Positions 16,448 through 26,839 of a stretch of DNA of 64,000 bases are shown piece by piece. The stretch is from the NCBI GenBank assembly GCA_041166745.1, contig JBEEGH010000013.1, positions 66,453 to 130,452 of the forward strand, read 5' to 3'. Source of the stretch: Acidimicrobiaceae bacterium (GTDB taxonomy: Bacteria; Actinomycetota; Acidimicrobiia; Acidimicrobiales; JACDCH01). The position numbers and the translations under genes were made by a program. The notes under the pieces are model-generated. The model had not been told where the DNA came from. It worked only from the letters and a program-made list of their open reading frames with translations, and did no database searches. Every line of letters starts with the position of its first letter. Position 1 is the stretch's first letter.

Positions 16448-17851
16448 ATGACGTCCACCGACCTCGGTCTCGACCTGAGCAAGTACAAGCTGGGTTGGTC
16501 CGACGAAGAGGACTACGTCTTCAAGCCGAAGAAGGGCCTGTCCAAGGACATCGTTCAAGAGATGTCGTGGATGAAGGGCGAGCCCGACTGGATGCGCCAG
16601 TACCGGCTCAAGTCGCTCGAGCACTTCGAGCGCCGGCCGATGCCCGCCTGGGGCGGCGACATGTCGCAGATCTACCTCGACGACATCTACTACTACATCA
16701 AGCCGACCGATCATCAGGTCGACGCCTGGGACGAGCTGCCCGAGTCGGTGAAGAACACCTACGAGAAGCTCGGCATCCCCGAGGCCGAGCGCAAGTACCT
16801 CGCCGGCGTCACCGCGCAGTACGAATCCGAGGTCGTCTACCACCGCAACCGTGAGGATCTCGAGCAGCAGGGTGTGATCTTCACCGACATGGACACTGCG
16901 CTCCGCGAGCACCCGGAGATCGTGAAGGCGTACTTCGGAAAGATCATCCCGAAGAACGACAACAAGTTCGCCGCGCTCAACTCCGCAGTCTGGAGCGGCG
17001 GGTCGTTCATCTACGTCCCGCCGGGTGTGAACGTCGAGATGCCGTTGCAGGCCTACTTCCGCATCAACGCGGAGAACATGGGCCAGTTCGAGCGCACGTT
17101 GATCATCGCCGACGAGGGCAGCCAGGTGCACTACATCGAGGGCTGCTCCGCCCCTGTGTACACGACCGACTCGTTGCACTCTGCAGTGGTCGAGATCGTG
17201 GTGAAGCCGAGCGCTCGCGTCACCTACACGACGATTCAGAACTGGTCGAACAACGTCTTCAATCTCGTCACGAAGCGCGCCCGCGTGGAGACCGAAGGCC
17301 ACATGGAGTGGATCGACGGAAACATCGGCTCGCGGCTCACGATGAAGTACCCCGCCGTGGTCATGGTCGGCCCGAAGGCATCGGGTGAGGTCCTGAGCGT
17401 GGCGTATGCCGGCCCCGGTCAGCATCAGGACGCCGGCGCCAAGATGACGCACGCTGCGCCCGAGACGACGAGCAAGATCGTGTCGAAGTCGATCTCGAAA
17501 GACGGCGGTCGCACGTCGTACCGCGGCCTCGTGCGCATCGAAGACGACGCGTACGGCTGCAAGAGCCACGTGCAGTGCGATGCCTTGATCCTCGACGAAG
17601 ACTCGGTGAGCGACACGTTCCCGTACATGGAGGTCGGTGCTCGCGATGCCGTCGTGGGCCACGAGGCGACCGTGTCGAAGGTGGCCGACGAGCAGCTCTT
17701 CTATCTCATGAGCCGCGGTCTGTCGCAGGAGCAGGCGATGGGGATGATCGTCAACGGCTTCATCGAGCCGGTCACCCGCACGTTGCCGATGGAGTACGCC
17801 GTCGAGTGGAGCCGTTTGATCGAGCTGCAGATGGAAGGCAGCGTCGGCTGA
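16448..17851 (+). CDS. sufB: Fe-S cluster assembly scaffold protein SufB
   Basis: 467 aa. Shows strong SufB hallmarks: [63 protein letters not shown]. Confidence 0.95.
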   Translation: MTSTDLGLDLSKYKLGWSDEEDYVFKPKKGLSKDIVQEMSWMKGEPDWMRQYRLKSLEHFERRPMPAWGGDMSQIYLDDIYYYIKPTDHQVDAWDELPESVKNTYEKLGIPEAERKYLAGVTAQYESEVVYHRNREDLEQQGVIFTDMDTALREHPEIVKAYFGKIIPKNDNKFAALNSAVWSGGSFIYVPPGVNVEMPLQAYFRINAENMGQFERTLIIADEGSQVHYIEGCSAPVYTTDSLHSAVVEIVVKPSARVTYTTIQNWSNNVFNLVTKRARVETEGHMEWIDGNIGSRLTMKYPAVVMVGPKASGEVLSVAYAGPGQHQDAGAKMTHAAPETTSKIVSKSISKDGGRTSYRGLVRIEDDAYGCKSHVQCDALILDEDSVSDTFPYMEVGARDAVVGHEATVSKVADEQLFYLMSRGLSQEQAMGMIVNGFIEPVTRTLPMEYAVEWSRLIELQMEGSVG

Positions 17852-17869
17852 GCGACCTAATGTCGCGGT

Positions 17870-18343
17870 GTGCAACAACCCCAAGCCGGTCTCGAAATCA
17901 AGGCCTCGTTCAGCATCCTGTTCTTCATGCTCTACCTGTTCCCGCCCAAGATCTCCATCGACGGGTCGCAGGCGATGCCGGGCAAGTGGGGCGACAACCT
18001 GATCCCGATGAGTCCCGGTCGCCACATGGTCTCGTTCTGGTGGCCCCTCTATTGGATCATTCCCGCGAACCGCGCCCAAGTGGTCGTCGACATCGCGCCG
18101 GGACAGGTCGCGCAGCTGCAATACAAGCCTCGCTGGTTCTGGTTCCTCGAAGGCAAGATGCAGCAGGTCGGCGTTCGGCCGATGCTCGCCGGCGGCCAAG
18201 CGCAAATCCCCCAGGGTGGCGACCAGCCCGCGGGCTGGCATCCCGATCCGGCCGGCCGTCACGAGATGCGCTACTGGAGCGGCGCCGCCTGGACAGACGA
18301 TGTGTCCGACGCGGGTGTGTCCACCAAAGACCCGATGGGCTGA
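17870..18343 (+). CDS. DUF2510-type membrane protein (inserted between sufB and sufD)
   Basis: 157 aa with high G/C3. Has an N-terminal hydrophobic segment SFSILFFMLYLF and the C-terminal DUF2510 signature GWHPDPAGRHEMRYWSGAAWTDDVS. Confidence 0.7.
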   Translation: MQQPQAGLEIKASFSILFFMLYLFPPKISIDGSQAMPGKWGDNLIPMSPGRHMVSFWWPLYWIIPANRAQVVVDIAPGQVAQLQYKPRWFWFLEGKMQQVGVRPMLAGGQAQIPQGGDQPAGWHPDPAGRHEMRYWSGAAWTDDVSDAGVSTKDPMG

Positions 18344-18380
18344 CCAATTCGGCCGAGGCATTCTCGGGCACACTGTTCGG

Positions 18381-18734
18381 ATGCCGATGCGGGAGGAGTG
18401 CAAGCAGTTCGAGAGTCGCACGTACCCGAACGGCGAGACCGTTCGTAAATGCAACCTCGACCTTGCCCCTGAAGCACCCTGGCGTTGCCCCGACAACTGT
18501 CCCAAGTACGAGCGCCGGCTCGTCGACGTCAACTGGAGTCACGGCACGCTCGTCACACCCAAGACGCCCGACGCGCCTGTCGATCTCGATCTCTACGGCG
18601 ACGATGTCGCCGCATTGCTCGACGAGGCCGAAGACGTCATCAACGCCGTCGGGCCCGGGATCCTCGCCGAGGTCGAAGCAGAGCAAGCCGCCAACCAGCG
18701 CAGCTGGCGCAAGATCTTCCGCCGCAAGCGCTAG
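18381..18734 (+). CDS. Uncharacterised 4-Cys protein (C-x16-C-x11-C-x3-CP) inside the suf operon
   Basis: In-frame ATG 18381 within ORF 18216..18734 gives MPMREECKQFESRTYPNGETVRKCNLDLAPEAPWRCPDNCPKYERR, followed by an acidic middle and a basic tail WRKIFRRKR. Codon bias is good. Confidence 0.6.
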   Translation: MPMREECKQFESRTYPNGETVRKCNLDLAPEAPWRCPDNCPKYERRLVDVNWSHGTLVTPKTPDAPVDLDLYGDDVAALLDEAEDVINAVGPGILAEVEAEQAANQRSWRKIFRRKR

Positions 18735-18749
18735 GCACGAAGCGCGCCG

Positions 18750-19934
18750 ATGACGGCGCTCACGGACTTCACGCTTCCGACGACGGAGGAAGAGGTGTGG
18801 CGGTACAGCCGCATCGCAGAGCTCGACCTCGACGCATATCTCATCGCTGAGGGCGACTCGGTCGCGACTGCGATCCCGCCGACGATCGAAGCCGCCCTCG
18901 CCACGGTTCCGGTACGCGGCGTGACCGTCGTCGTCGTCAACGGCCGCATCATGCACCTCGACGTCCAGGCTCCCGGCGTCGACATCGTCACCGACGACCG
19001 TGAGGTACTCGGCATCGCGATGTCGGAGCCGACCGACGTGTTCGCGACCATGAACGACGCGTTCGCCATGGAGCCGATCGTCGTGCGCGTCGCCCGCGGG
19101 GCGACCGTCGAGGCTCCGATCGTCATCGCCCACTGGTCAGACGAACCCAACCTTGCGACGTTCCCGCGCCTCGTCGTGGTCGCGGGCGAGGACTCCCAAG
19201 CGCAGGTCGTCGACTACCACGCGTCAGCGGAGGGCGTTCCGATGCTCACCGTTCCGGTCACGGAACTCTCGGTCGCGCCGGCGGCTCGGCTCGGCTACCT
19301 GAACGCGCAGAACCTCGGCTTGGCCACGTGGCAGATCGGCTCGCAGGTGTCGACCGTGGACAGCGATGCCATGCTCACGTCGGTCTGTGCTGCGTTTGGC
19401 GGCGACTACGCCCGCTTGCGCACCGATTGTCGGCTCGTCGGCCGCGGTGCCACCGGCAAATTGCGGGCGGTCTATTTCGGGGAGGGCGAGCAGATGCTCG
19501 ACTTCCGCACGTTTCAGGATCACGCCGCACCGGACACGACGAGCAACCTGCTGTTCAAGGGCGCGGTCGGCGGACACAGTCGCAGCGTGTACACCGGCCT
19601 GATCCGGGTCCGGAAGAACGCGCGGGGCACCAACGCGTTCCAGACGAACCGCAACATCAAGCTCTCCGACGGCGCATGGGCCGAGTCCGTGCCGAACCTC
19701 GAGATCGAGAACAACGACGTGCGCTGTAGTCACGCGTCGGCCGTCGGCCCGATCGACGAAGACCAGCGGTTCTACCTCGAGAGCCGCGGGGTGCCGACGC
19801 CGATCGCCGAACGGCTGGTGGTCACCGGATTCTTCGACGAGGTGCTCTCGAAGCTGCCCGTTGCGGCGGCGGCGAATGCGCTGCGGGATCTCGTCGCGGG
19901 CAAGCTCGACCGGCAAGTCCCGGTGCACCAATGA
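18750..19934 (+). CDS. sufD: Fe-S cluster assembly protein SufD
   Basis: 394 aa. Motif run: FQTNRNIKLSDGAWAESVPNLEIENNDVRCSHASAVGPIDEDQRFYLESRG. Confidence 0.9.
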   Translation: MTALTDFTLPTTEEEVWRYSRIAELDLDAYLIAEGDSVATAIPPTIEAALATVPVRGVTVVVVNGRIMHLDVQAPGVDIVTDDREVLGIAMSEPTDVFATMNDAFAMEPIVVRVARGATVEAPIVIAHWSDEPNLATFPRLVVVAGEDSQAQVVDYHASAEGVPMLTVPVTELSVAPAARLGYLNAQNLGLATWQIGSQVSTVDSDAMLTSVCAAFGGDYARLRTDCRLVGRGATGKLRAVYFGEGEQMLDFRTFQDHAAPDTTSNLLFKGAVGGHSRSVYTGLIRVRKNARGTNAFQTNRNIKLSDGAWAESVPNLEIENNDVRCSHASAVGPIDEDQRFYLESRGVPTPIAERLVVTGFFDEVLSKLPVAAAANALRDLVAGKLDRQVPVHQ

Positions 19935-20248
19935 CCGAGCGCATCGTTCTCGGCAAGCTGTCCGACCTCCCACCGGGCACGGCGAAGCGCTTCGACGTCG
20001 ACAAGCGACGTATCGCCGTCGTGCGCTGTGACGACGACGTGTACGCCGTCGGCGACACCTGCACCCACGCCGACTTCTCCCTGTCGGATGGGGAGGTCTA
20101 CTGCGACGAGCGCGAGATCGAGTGCTGGAAGCACGGCAGCACATTTTCGTTGGTCACCGGTGAGCCGCAATCGCTCCCGGCGACACGGGCCGTGCCGGTG
20201 TACAAGATCGAAGTCGACGGCGACGACATCGTGGTCGTGCTCCCTTGA
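19931..20248 (+). CDS. Rieske [2Fe-2S] ferredoxin-like protein
   Basis: 105 aa. Has CTH (CTHADFSL) and CWKHG (CxxH) ligand motifs and 4-nt overlaps with both neighbours. This position, between sufD and sufC, is common in actinobacterial suf operons. Confidence 0.85.
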   Translation: MTERIVLGKLSDLPPGTAKRFDVDKRRIAVVRCDDDVYAVGDTCTHADFSLSDGEVYCDEREIECWKHGSTFSLVTGEPQSLPATRAVPVYKIEVDGDDIVVVLP

Positions 20249-21036
20249 CCTCCGAGCTGCGCATCGAGGGACTGCGTGCCGGCGTGTCCGGACGCGAGAT
20301 CCTGAACGGGATCGACCTCGTCGTGCGATCGGGCGAAGTCCACGCCGTGATGGGCCCGAACGGGTCGGGCAAGTCCACGTTGTCCCACGTCCTCATGGGC
20401 AAACCCGGCTACGAGGTCCACGGCGGCAGCGTGACCCTCGACGGCATCGATCTGCTGGCGCTGCCCACCTGGGAGCGAGCGCAGGCCGGACTTTTCCTCG
20501 CGATGCAGTACCCGATCGAGGTACCGGGCGTGTCATTGGTGTCCGTGTTGGGTGAGGCGATGATCGCCGCAGGGAAGTCGACCGACGGATTGCGCGCCGC
20601 TCTGGCGGTCGAGGCCGCCCGCATCGGGTTCGACGAGCGCTTCCTCGACCGGCCACTCAACGTCGACCTGTCCGGCGGCGAGAAGAAGCGCAACGAGACA
20701 CTGCAGCTCGGTGTCCTCACACCGAAGATCGCCGTGCTCGACGAGATCGACTCGGGCCTCGACGTCGACGCGCTCCGCGCGGTGAGCCGCCGAATCGAGG
20801 CATCGACCAATGAGCAGGGCCTCGGGGTCTTGGCGATCACCCACTACAGCCGGTTGCTGCACGAGCTCCGTCCCGACCATGTGCATGTTCTCGTACGGGG
20901 ACGCATTCAAGCCTCGGGAGGCCCGGAACTGGCCGAAGAGCTCGAGCGGTCCGGCTACGCGGCGTTCTCCGATAGTGACGATGCAGACGAAGCGGTCGCG
21001 GCCGTTCCGGGCGATCCCTTCGCTGATCCCTTCTGA
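20245..21036 (+). CDS. sufC: Fe-S cluster assembly ATPase SufC (copy 1, divergent, acidic C-terminal tail)
   Basis: 263 aa. Motifs: GPNGSGKST, LNVDLSGGEKKRNE, AVLDEIDSGLD, ITHY. Confidence 0.9.
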   Translation: MTSELRIEGLRAGVSGREILNGIDLVVRSGEVHAVMGPNGSGKSTLSHVLMGKPGYEVHGGSVTLDGIDLLALPTWERAQAGLFLAMQYPIEVPGVSLVSVLGEAMIAAGKSTDGLRAALAVEAARIGFDERFLDRPLNVDLSGGEKKRNETLQLGVLTPKIAVLDEIDSGLDVDALRAVSRRIEASTNEQGLGVLAITHYSRLLHELRPDHVHVLVRGRIQASGGPELAEELERSGYAAFSDSDDADEAVAAVPGDPFADPF

Positions 21037-21050
21037 CGTATCTTCGGAGG

Positions 21051-21821
21051 GTGCGGTTCAGGCGGCACCTTGCAGGAGCGATCGCGGTGGTCCTCATCGC
21101 GGCCGTCCTCGGCGGGATCTGGCCGCGCGGCGAGAACAAGGTTGCGGCCTCGGCGCCGCCGGTCACGGCCACGACCCGATTCGTGTTGCCGACGACCACC
21201 GTTCCGCCGGCGCATTCGTTCGAGGCGGCCGACGCGGTCGTGCCGGAGGTCGCACTCTTCGACGCTCCGAGTGCGACGGAGCCCATGGACTCGATGTCGA
21301 ACCCCACCTGGGAGCATGTCCCCCTGGCCTTCCTGGTGAAGGCGCACGGTCCGCCCGGGTGGCTGCAGGTGCAGATCTCACGGCGACCGAACGAGAGCAC
21401 CGCGTGGATTCACAGCGAGGACGTCGCGGTACGCGGTGTCGACAATCGCATCGTGATCGAACGCGAGGCTCGGCAGCTGACGGTCTACCGAGGGACGAGC
21501 AGCGAGATGCTGTTCCAGGCCCCGGTCGCCACCGGTACTCCGGCCACGCCGACACCGCTCGGAAACTTCTTCGTCGACGTCGTGGTGAAGGTCAGTCGCC
21601 CGTCAGGTGCGTACGGCCCGTACCAGTTGAGCGTGGCCGGATTCAGTGACGTGTTGCAGAGCTTCGGCGGCGGTCCCGGCCAGATCGCGATCCACGGCAC
21701 CAATCATCCCGAGCTCATCGGCAAGTTCGTGAGCAACGGCTGCGTTCGCCTGAACAACGACGACATCACTGCACTCGCAGATCTCGCGCCGGTCGGGACA
21801 CCGGTCGAAATCGTCGCGTAG
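21051..21821 (+). CDS. L,D-transpeptidase (YkuD domain)
   Basis: 256 aa with an N-terminal TM/signal segment. The catalytic motif is IAIHGTNHPELIGKFVSNGCVRL. Confidence 0.85.
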   Translation: MRFRRHLAGAIAVVLIAAVLGGIWPRGENKVAASAPPVTATTRFVLPTTTVPPAHSFEAADAVVPEVALFDAPSATEPMDSMSNPTWEHVPLAFLVKAHGPPGWLQVQISRRPNESTAWIHSEDVAVRGVDNRIVIEREARQLTVYRGTSSEMLFQAPVATGTPATPTPLGNFFVDVVVKVSRPSGAYGPYQLSVAGFSDVLQSFGGGPGQIAIHGTNHPELIGKFVSNGCVRLNNDDITALADLAPVGTPVEIVA

Positions 21822-21930
21822 TCTCGTCGACCTGTCCGAACGCCGGAAGATCTCGGGTTACGACCAACTGGTCTCGAAGCACTCCGCTGTCGACGCGACT
21901 GGCGCGCTCAGGCAGGATCCGATCGCGGAC

Positions 21931-22374
21931 GTGCGCTTTCGCGCGGTGCGCCCGGTGCCACACGAGGACGGCACGCTCGTCGAGGTGGCGCGCGCGGCAT
22001 GGCCAGAAGTCGATCTGTCGATCGTTCAAGTGCACATCACCACGACGTTTCCGGGCCGAACGCGCGCGTGGGGTCTGCATCAACGGTCGACGGATCGTTT
22101 GTTCGTGGTCAAGGGCCTCGTATCGATCGTCGTGTACGACGGCCGCGAGGACTCCGCGACGTACGGCTGCCTGAACGAATATCGGGTGAGCGAGCGTAAT
22201 CCCGGTCTGCTCGTCATCCCGCCCGACCTCTACCACGGCTGGAAGAACATCGGTGTCGACGAGGCGTTCATCATCAACATGCCGTCGAGCCAATACGACC
22301 ACGAAGCGCCGGACGCACTCGACCTGCCGTACGAGTCACCTCTGGCCGAACAAATCGTTCCCTTCCGCTGGTGA
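21931..22374 (+). CDS. RmlC-like cupin (dTDP-4-dehydrorhamnose 3,5-epimerase family)
   Basis: 147 aa with a GTG start. The core AWGLHQRSTDRLFVVKGLVSIVVYDGREDSATYG resembles the RGLH.Q core of RmlC-type epimerases. Confidence 0.65.
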   Translation: MRFRAVRPVPHEDGTLVEVARAAWPEVDLSIVQVHITTTFPGRTRAWGLHQRSTDRLFVVKGLVSIVVYDGREDSATYGCLNEYRVSERNPGLLVIPPDLYHGWKNIGVDEAFIINMPSSQYDHEAPDALDLPYESPLAEQIVPFRW

Positions 22375-22393
22375 GCCCCGCCGAGGACACGCA

Positions 22394-23218
22394 GTGCCTC
22401 GGGTGACTGCCATCACGGCGACGTACAACTGGGCGACGGTGCTGCCCTACGCGATCGCCAGCGTGCTCGATCAGACCTTCACCGACTTCGAGTTGCTCGT
22501 GATCGGCGACGGGTGCACCGACGAGTCCGAGCAGATCGTCGACGCAATCGCCGACCCGCGGGTCCGCTGGTACAACCTGCCGACGAACGTGGGGCATCAG
22601 TCCGGACCGAACAACGAGGGCCTGCGGCAAGCGCGCGGCGACGTGATCGCCTACCTCGGCCACGACGATCTCTGGCTTCCGCACCATCTCGAAGCGCTGG
22701 TCGCCGCGGTCGACGAAGGTGCACGCCTCGTGCACGGCATCTCGCTCGACGTCTCGGTCACCACGCCACCGGTCGGGATTCCCTGGCCGGGATGGGTCTA
22801 TGTACCCGGGACCTGGATACCGCCGACCGCGGTCATGCACGACCGGGCACTGATCGACGAGGTCGGGAGCTGGAAGCACCCGCGCGACACGGGAACGTTG
22901 GATCCCGAGGGTGAACTGTGGGCGCGGATGGCCGACGTCTCAGGGCCGCCTCGATTGGTCTCACGCATCACCAACGTGAAGTTGCCTGCCAGCAAGCGAC
23001 GCGGCGTGTATCGCACCCGACCGTTCCACGAGCAGGCGTATTGGCTTCAGCGCATCCGCGAGGCCGACGATCCCGAGGCATCGCTCCGCGCCGCGTGCAA
23101 TGAGCGCTACGTGCACGCGCAGCGACGCCGCCTGCGCCTTCGCCGCAGCGGAACGACGTTGGCCACGGCCGACCAGCGTCGACGACGGGTCCGCCGTTTC
23201 AAGGGGCTCGACGAGTAG
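22394..23218 (+). CDS. Family 2 glycosyltransferase
   Basis: In-frame GTG 22394 within ORF 22253..23218 gives VTAITATYNWATVLPYAIASVLDQTFTDFELLVIGDGCTDES, followed by YLGHDD. Confidence 0.8.
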   Translation: MPRVTAITATYNWATVLPYAIASVLDQTFTDFELLVIGDGCTDESEQIVDAIADPRVRWYNLPTNVGHQSGPNNEGLRQARGDVIAYLGHDDLWLPHHLEALVAAVDEGARLVHGISLDVSVTTPPVGIPWPGWVYVPGTWIPPTAVMHDRALIDEVGSWKHPRDTGTLDPEGELWARMADVSGPPRLVSRITNVKLPASKRRGVYRTRPFHEQAYWLQRIREADDPEASLRAACNERYVHAQRRRLRLRRSGTTLATADQRRRRVRRFKGLDE

Positions 23219-23231
23219 CTAAGTTCGAGGC

Positions 23232-23507
23232 GTGGCTCCATCAACTCCTGAAGGCTGGGCCGTCGTCGACGGCAAGCTCCATCGCGAACTCGAGTTTCAC
23301 AACTTCGTGGAAGCCTTCGGGTTCATCTCGATGGTTGCGTTGCTCGCCGAGAAGGCCGATCACCACCCTGATTGGTCGAACTCCTACAACAAGGTCGTGA
23401 TCGATCTCGTCTCGCACGACAAGGGTGGCATCACCGACCGGGACCACAGCCTGGCGGAGTCCATCAACAACGCACTCGGCGAAACGGCGCGCCTCCCGCA
23501 GCCGTAA
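23232..23507 (+). CDS. 4a-hydroxytetrahydrobiopterin (pterin-4-alpha-carbinolamine) dehydratase
   Basis: 91 aa. Matches the PCD/DCoH family pattern FHNFVEAFGFISMVALLAEKADHHPDWSNSYNKVVIDLVSHD. Confidence 0.85.
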   Translation: MAPSTPEGWAVVDGKLHRELEFHNFVEAFGFISMVALLAEKADHHPDWSNSYNKVVIDLVSHDKGGITDRDHSLAESINNALGETARLPQP

Positions 23508-23538
23508 CTCGACACAAATCGTCTGAACGCGGCCCGGC

Positions 23539-24330
23539 CTAGAGGTCGGGCATCCCGAGCTCGAGGTTGGCCTCTTCGAGGCCGCCGTCGACTTCCATGA
23601 TCTTGCCGGTGACGAACGACGCCGCCGGTGACGCGAGGTAGAGCGCGGCGAGGGCGATGTCGTCGGGCTCACCGAGCCGCTTGAGCGGCGTGCCCTGGAT
23701 CATCTGCTCACGGAGTTCGTCGCTTTCGAGGACGACTTCGAGCGCGGATGTGGCGATCGAACCGACGGCGATCGCGTTCACCCGCACCTTTGGTGCAAGG
23801 TCGGCCGCCATCAACCGGGTCATGTGCATCATCGCGGCCTTCGCCGTGCCATAAGCGAGCATCCCGCGATCGCGGAGGCGCCCGATCGCGGATCCGATGT
23901 TGACGATGGATCCCTCTCCGGCGGAGAGCATGTGCGGTGCGGCGGCCTTCGACAGAACGAACGCCGACGTCACGTTGAAATGGAACGCGCGCTCGAGATA
24001 ACCGGGACTGGTGTCGAGCATTGGCCTGGGCATCGTGCCGCCCGCGTTGTTGACCACGATGTCGACCCGCCCGAATGCCTCCATGGCGCGATCGACCAAC
24101 GACGTCACCGAATCGTTGTCGTTGACGTCCATCGGTGCGATCACCGCGCGCCGACCCAGCGCGTCGATCGCTTTCGCGACCGATTCGAGCTGTTCCACGG
24201 TCCGGGATGCGAGCACCACGTCGGCCCCGGCTTCCGCCAGCGCAAGCGCGCAGGCCGCGCCTATACCGCGTCCTGCGCCCGTCACGATGGCGGTGCGGCC
24301 GTCAACCCGAAATCGGTCGAGGACGGTCAC
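23539..24330 (-). CDS. Short-chain dehydrogenase/reductase (SDR)
   Basis: GTG 24330 overlaps the sufU stop (GTGA). Motifs: TGAGRGIGAACA (TGxxxGIG), NNAG, YGTAKAAMMHM (YxxxK). The longer 380-aa ORF call would extend through sufU and is rejected. Confidence 0.85.
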   Translation of the reverse strand: MTVLDRFRVDGRTAIVTGAGRGIGAACALALAEAGADVVLASRTVEQLESVAKAIDALGRRAVIAPMDVNDNDSVTSLVDRAMEAFGRVDIVVNNAGGTMPRPMLDTSPGYLERAFHFNVTSAFVLSKAAAPHMLSAGEGSIVNIGSAIGRLRDRGMLAYGTAKAAMMHMTRLMAADLAPKVRVNAIAVGSIATSALEVVLESDELREQMIQGTPLKRLGEPDDIALAALYLASPAASFVTGKIMEVDGGLEEANLELGMPDL

Positions 24331-24797
24331 TGGCCGGCTTCGTCGAGTCCTTGTATGAGGGTGTTCCACGACAACGTGGCGCACTTGATGCGAACCGGGA
24401 ACTTCACGACGCCGCGCAGCGCCTCGAGGTCGCCGAGCTTGATGTCCGGGTCGGCCTCGATGGCCTCGCCGTCGTCGCCGTCGAGTGACGACTCGTGAAT
24501 CGACATCATCGCCTTGAACGCGCGGGTCATGGCCCGCGCCTCGCCGACGGTCTTTCCCTTCACGGCCGCGGACATCATCGACGCGGATGACTGACTGATC
24601 GAGCAGCCTTGACCGTCGATGCGCAGGTCGGTGACCGTGCCATTGTCGACGTCGAGATAGATCACGATCTCGTCGCCACACAGTGGGTTGAACCCCTCGA
24701 CCTTGTGGGCCGGTGGGACGGGCAGCTCCCCGCGATTCCGCGGGTTGCGGTAGTGGTCGAGAATGATCTCGCGGTAGAGGTCTTCGAGTCCGGGCAT
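24327..24797 (-). CDS. sufU: Fe-S cluster assembly sulfur-transfer protein SufU
   Basis: ATG 24797 gives MPGLEDLYREIILDHYRNPRNRG. Conserved Cys motifs are NPLCGDE, GQGCSIS and IKCATLSW. The start lies 1 nt after the sufS stop. Confidence 0.9.
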   Translation of the reverse strand: MPGLEDLYREIILDHYRNPRNRGELPVPPAHKVEGFNPLCGDEIVIYLDVDNGTVTDLRIDGQGCSISQSSASMMSAAVKGKTVGEARAMTRAFKAMMSIHESSLDGDDGEAIEADPDIKLGDLEALRGVVKFPVRIKCATLSWNTLIQGLDEAGQ

Positions 24798-24798
24798 G

Positions 24799-26030
24799 TC
24801 AGCCGAAGAACGTAGCCGTGTGTTCGAGGCCATCCGCAAGGGCATCGATGTCGGACTCGTCGTTGTAGACGTACAGCGAGGCTCGGGCCGTGGCCCCGAC
24901 GCCCAGGCGGCGCATCAGCGGCTTGGCGCAATGGTGAGCCGCCCGTACACAGATGCCCTCGGTGTCGAGGATCTGGGAGATGTCGTGCGGGTGTACGTCC
25001 CGGAAAGCGATCGAGAGCACGCCCCCGCGGTCGCACGGGTTCGCGGGGCCGTGGATCGTGATGTCGTCTCCAAATCGTTCGTTGAGCGTGCGGAGGGCAT
25101 ACGACGTGAGCTCGATCTCGTGTTCGCGCACGTTCTCCATGCCGATCGCCGTCAAGTAGTCGACGGCCGCGCCCAACCCGATCACCTCGACGATGGGCGG
25201 CGTGCCCGCCTCGAACTTCCAGGGGATCTCTTTGGCCGTCCATCCGTCGAGACGAACGTCGAGGATCATCTCGCCGCCGCCGAGGAACGGTGGCATCTCG
25301 TTGAGCAGTTCTTCGCGGGCCCACAACACGCCGATGCCGGTGGGGCCGCACATCTTGTGTCCGGTGAAGCCGTAGAAGTCGCACCCGAGTGCCTGCACGT
25401 CGGTCGGCATGTGTGGGGTGTACTGCGCGCCGTCGACCAAGCACAGCGCGCCGGCGGCGTGGGCGGCGTCGGCGAGCTGTCGGATCGGGGTGATCGTGCC
25501 GAGCACGTTCGACAACGCCGTGAACGACAGCAGCTTGGCCCCGTCGAGGAGCTGATCCAGGTTGCTCAGGTCGAGGTAGAAGTCGTCGGTGATGCCGAGG
25601 TAGCGCAGCTCGATGCCGCGTTCTTCCTTGAGCATCAGCCACGGCACGATGTTGGCGTGATGCTCCATCTCGGTGAGTACCACGGCGTCGCCGGCACGGA
25701 GGTTGGCCCGAGCCCATGAGTACGCCACGAGGTTGATGGCCTCGGTGACGTTCTTCGTGAAGACGATGTTGTTCGTCGCCGGCGAGTTGATGAACCGTGC
25801 GATCTTGCCGCGCGCCTCTTCGTAGCGTTCCGTGGCTTCGGCGGCGATCTTGTAGACGCTGCGATGCACGTTGGCGTAGTACGTCGTGTACACCTCGTCC
25901 ATCGCGTCGAGCACGGCCTGCGGCTTCTCCGACGACGCGCCCGAGTCGAGATACACGATGCGGTGTCCGTCGATCTGCTGTTGCAGCAGCGGGAAGTCCT
26001 TCTTGATCCTCGCCACGTCGAGCGCCGCCA

Positions 26031-26043
<13 letters not shown>
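24799..26043 (-). CDS. sufS: Cysteine desulfurase SufS
   Basis: 414 aa. The PLP-lysine region is FTGHKMCGPTGIG and the catalytic Cys region is RAAHHCAKPLM. Confidence 0.95.
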
Positions 26044-26792
<749 letters not shown>

Positions 26793-26839
26793 AGCCTAGA
26801 GAACGCCGGGCCCTATTCGCACTATCGGCGTAGGGGAAA

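Noticed and set aside
16274-18532. 752-aa minus-strand ORF
   Set aside because: It is antisense to sufB and the two inserted ORFs. SufB identity on the plus strand is unambiguous.
23508-23545. GCCCGGCC-taga-GGTCGGGC stem between the convergent pterin dehydratase and SDR genes as a bidirectional terminator
   Set aside because: It is only 8 bp with a G-U pair, overlaps the SDR stop codon and has no U-tract. This is too weak to call.
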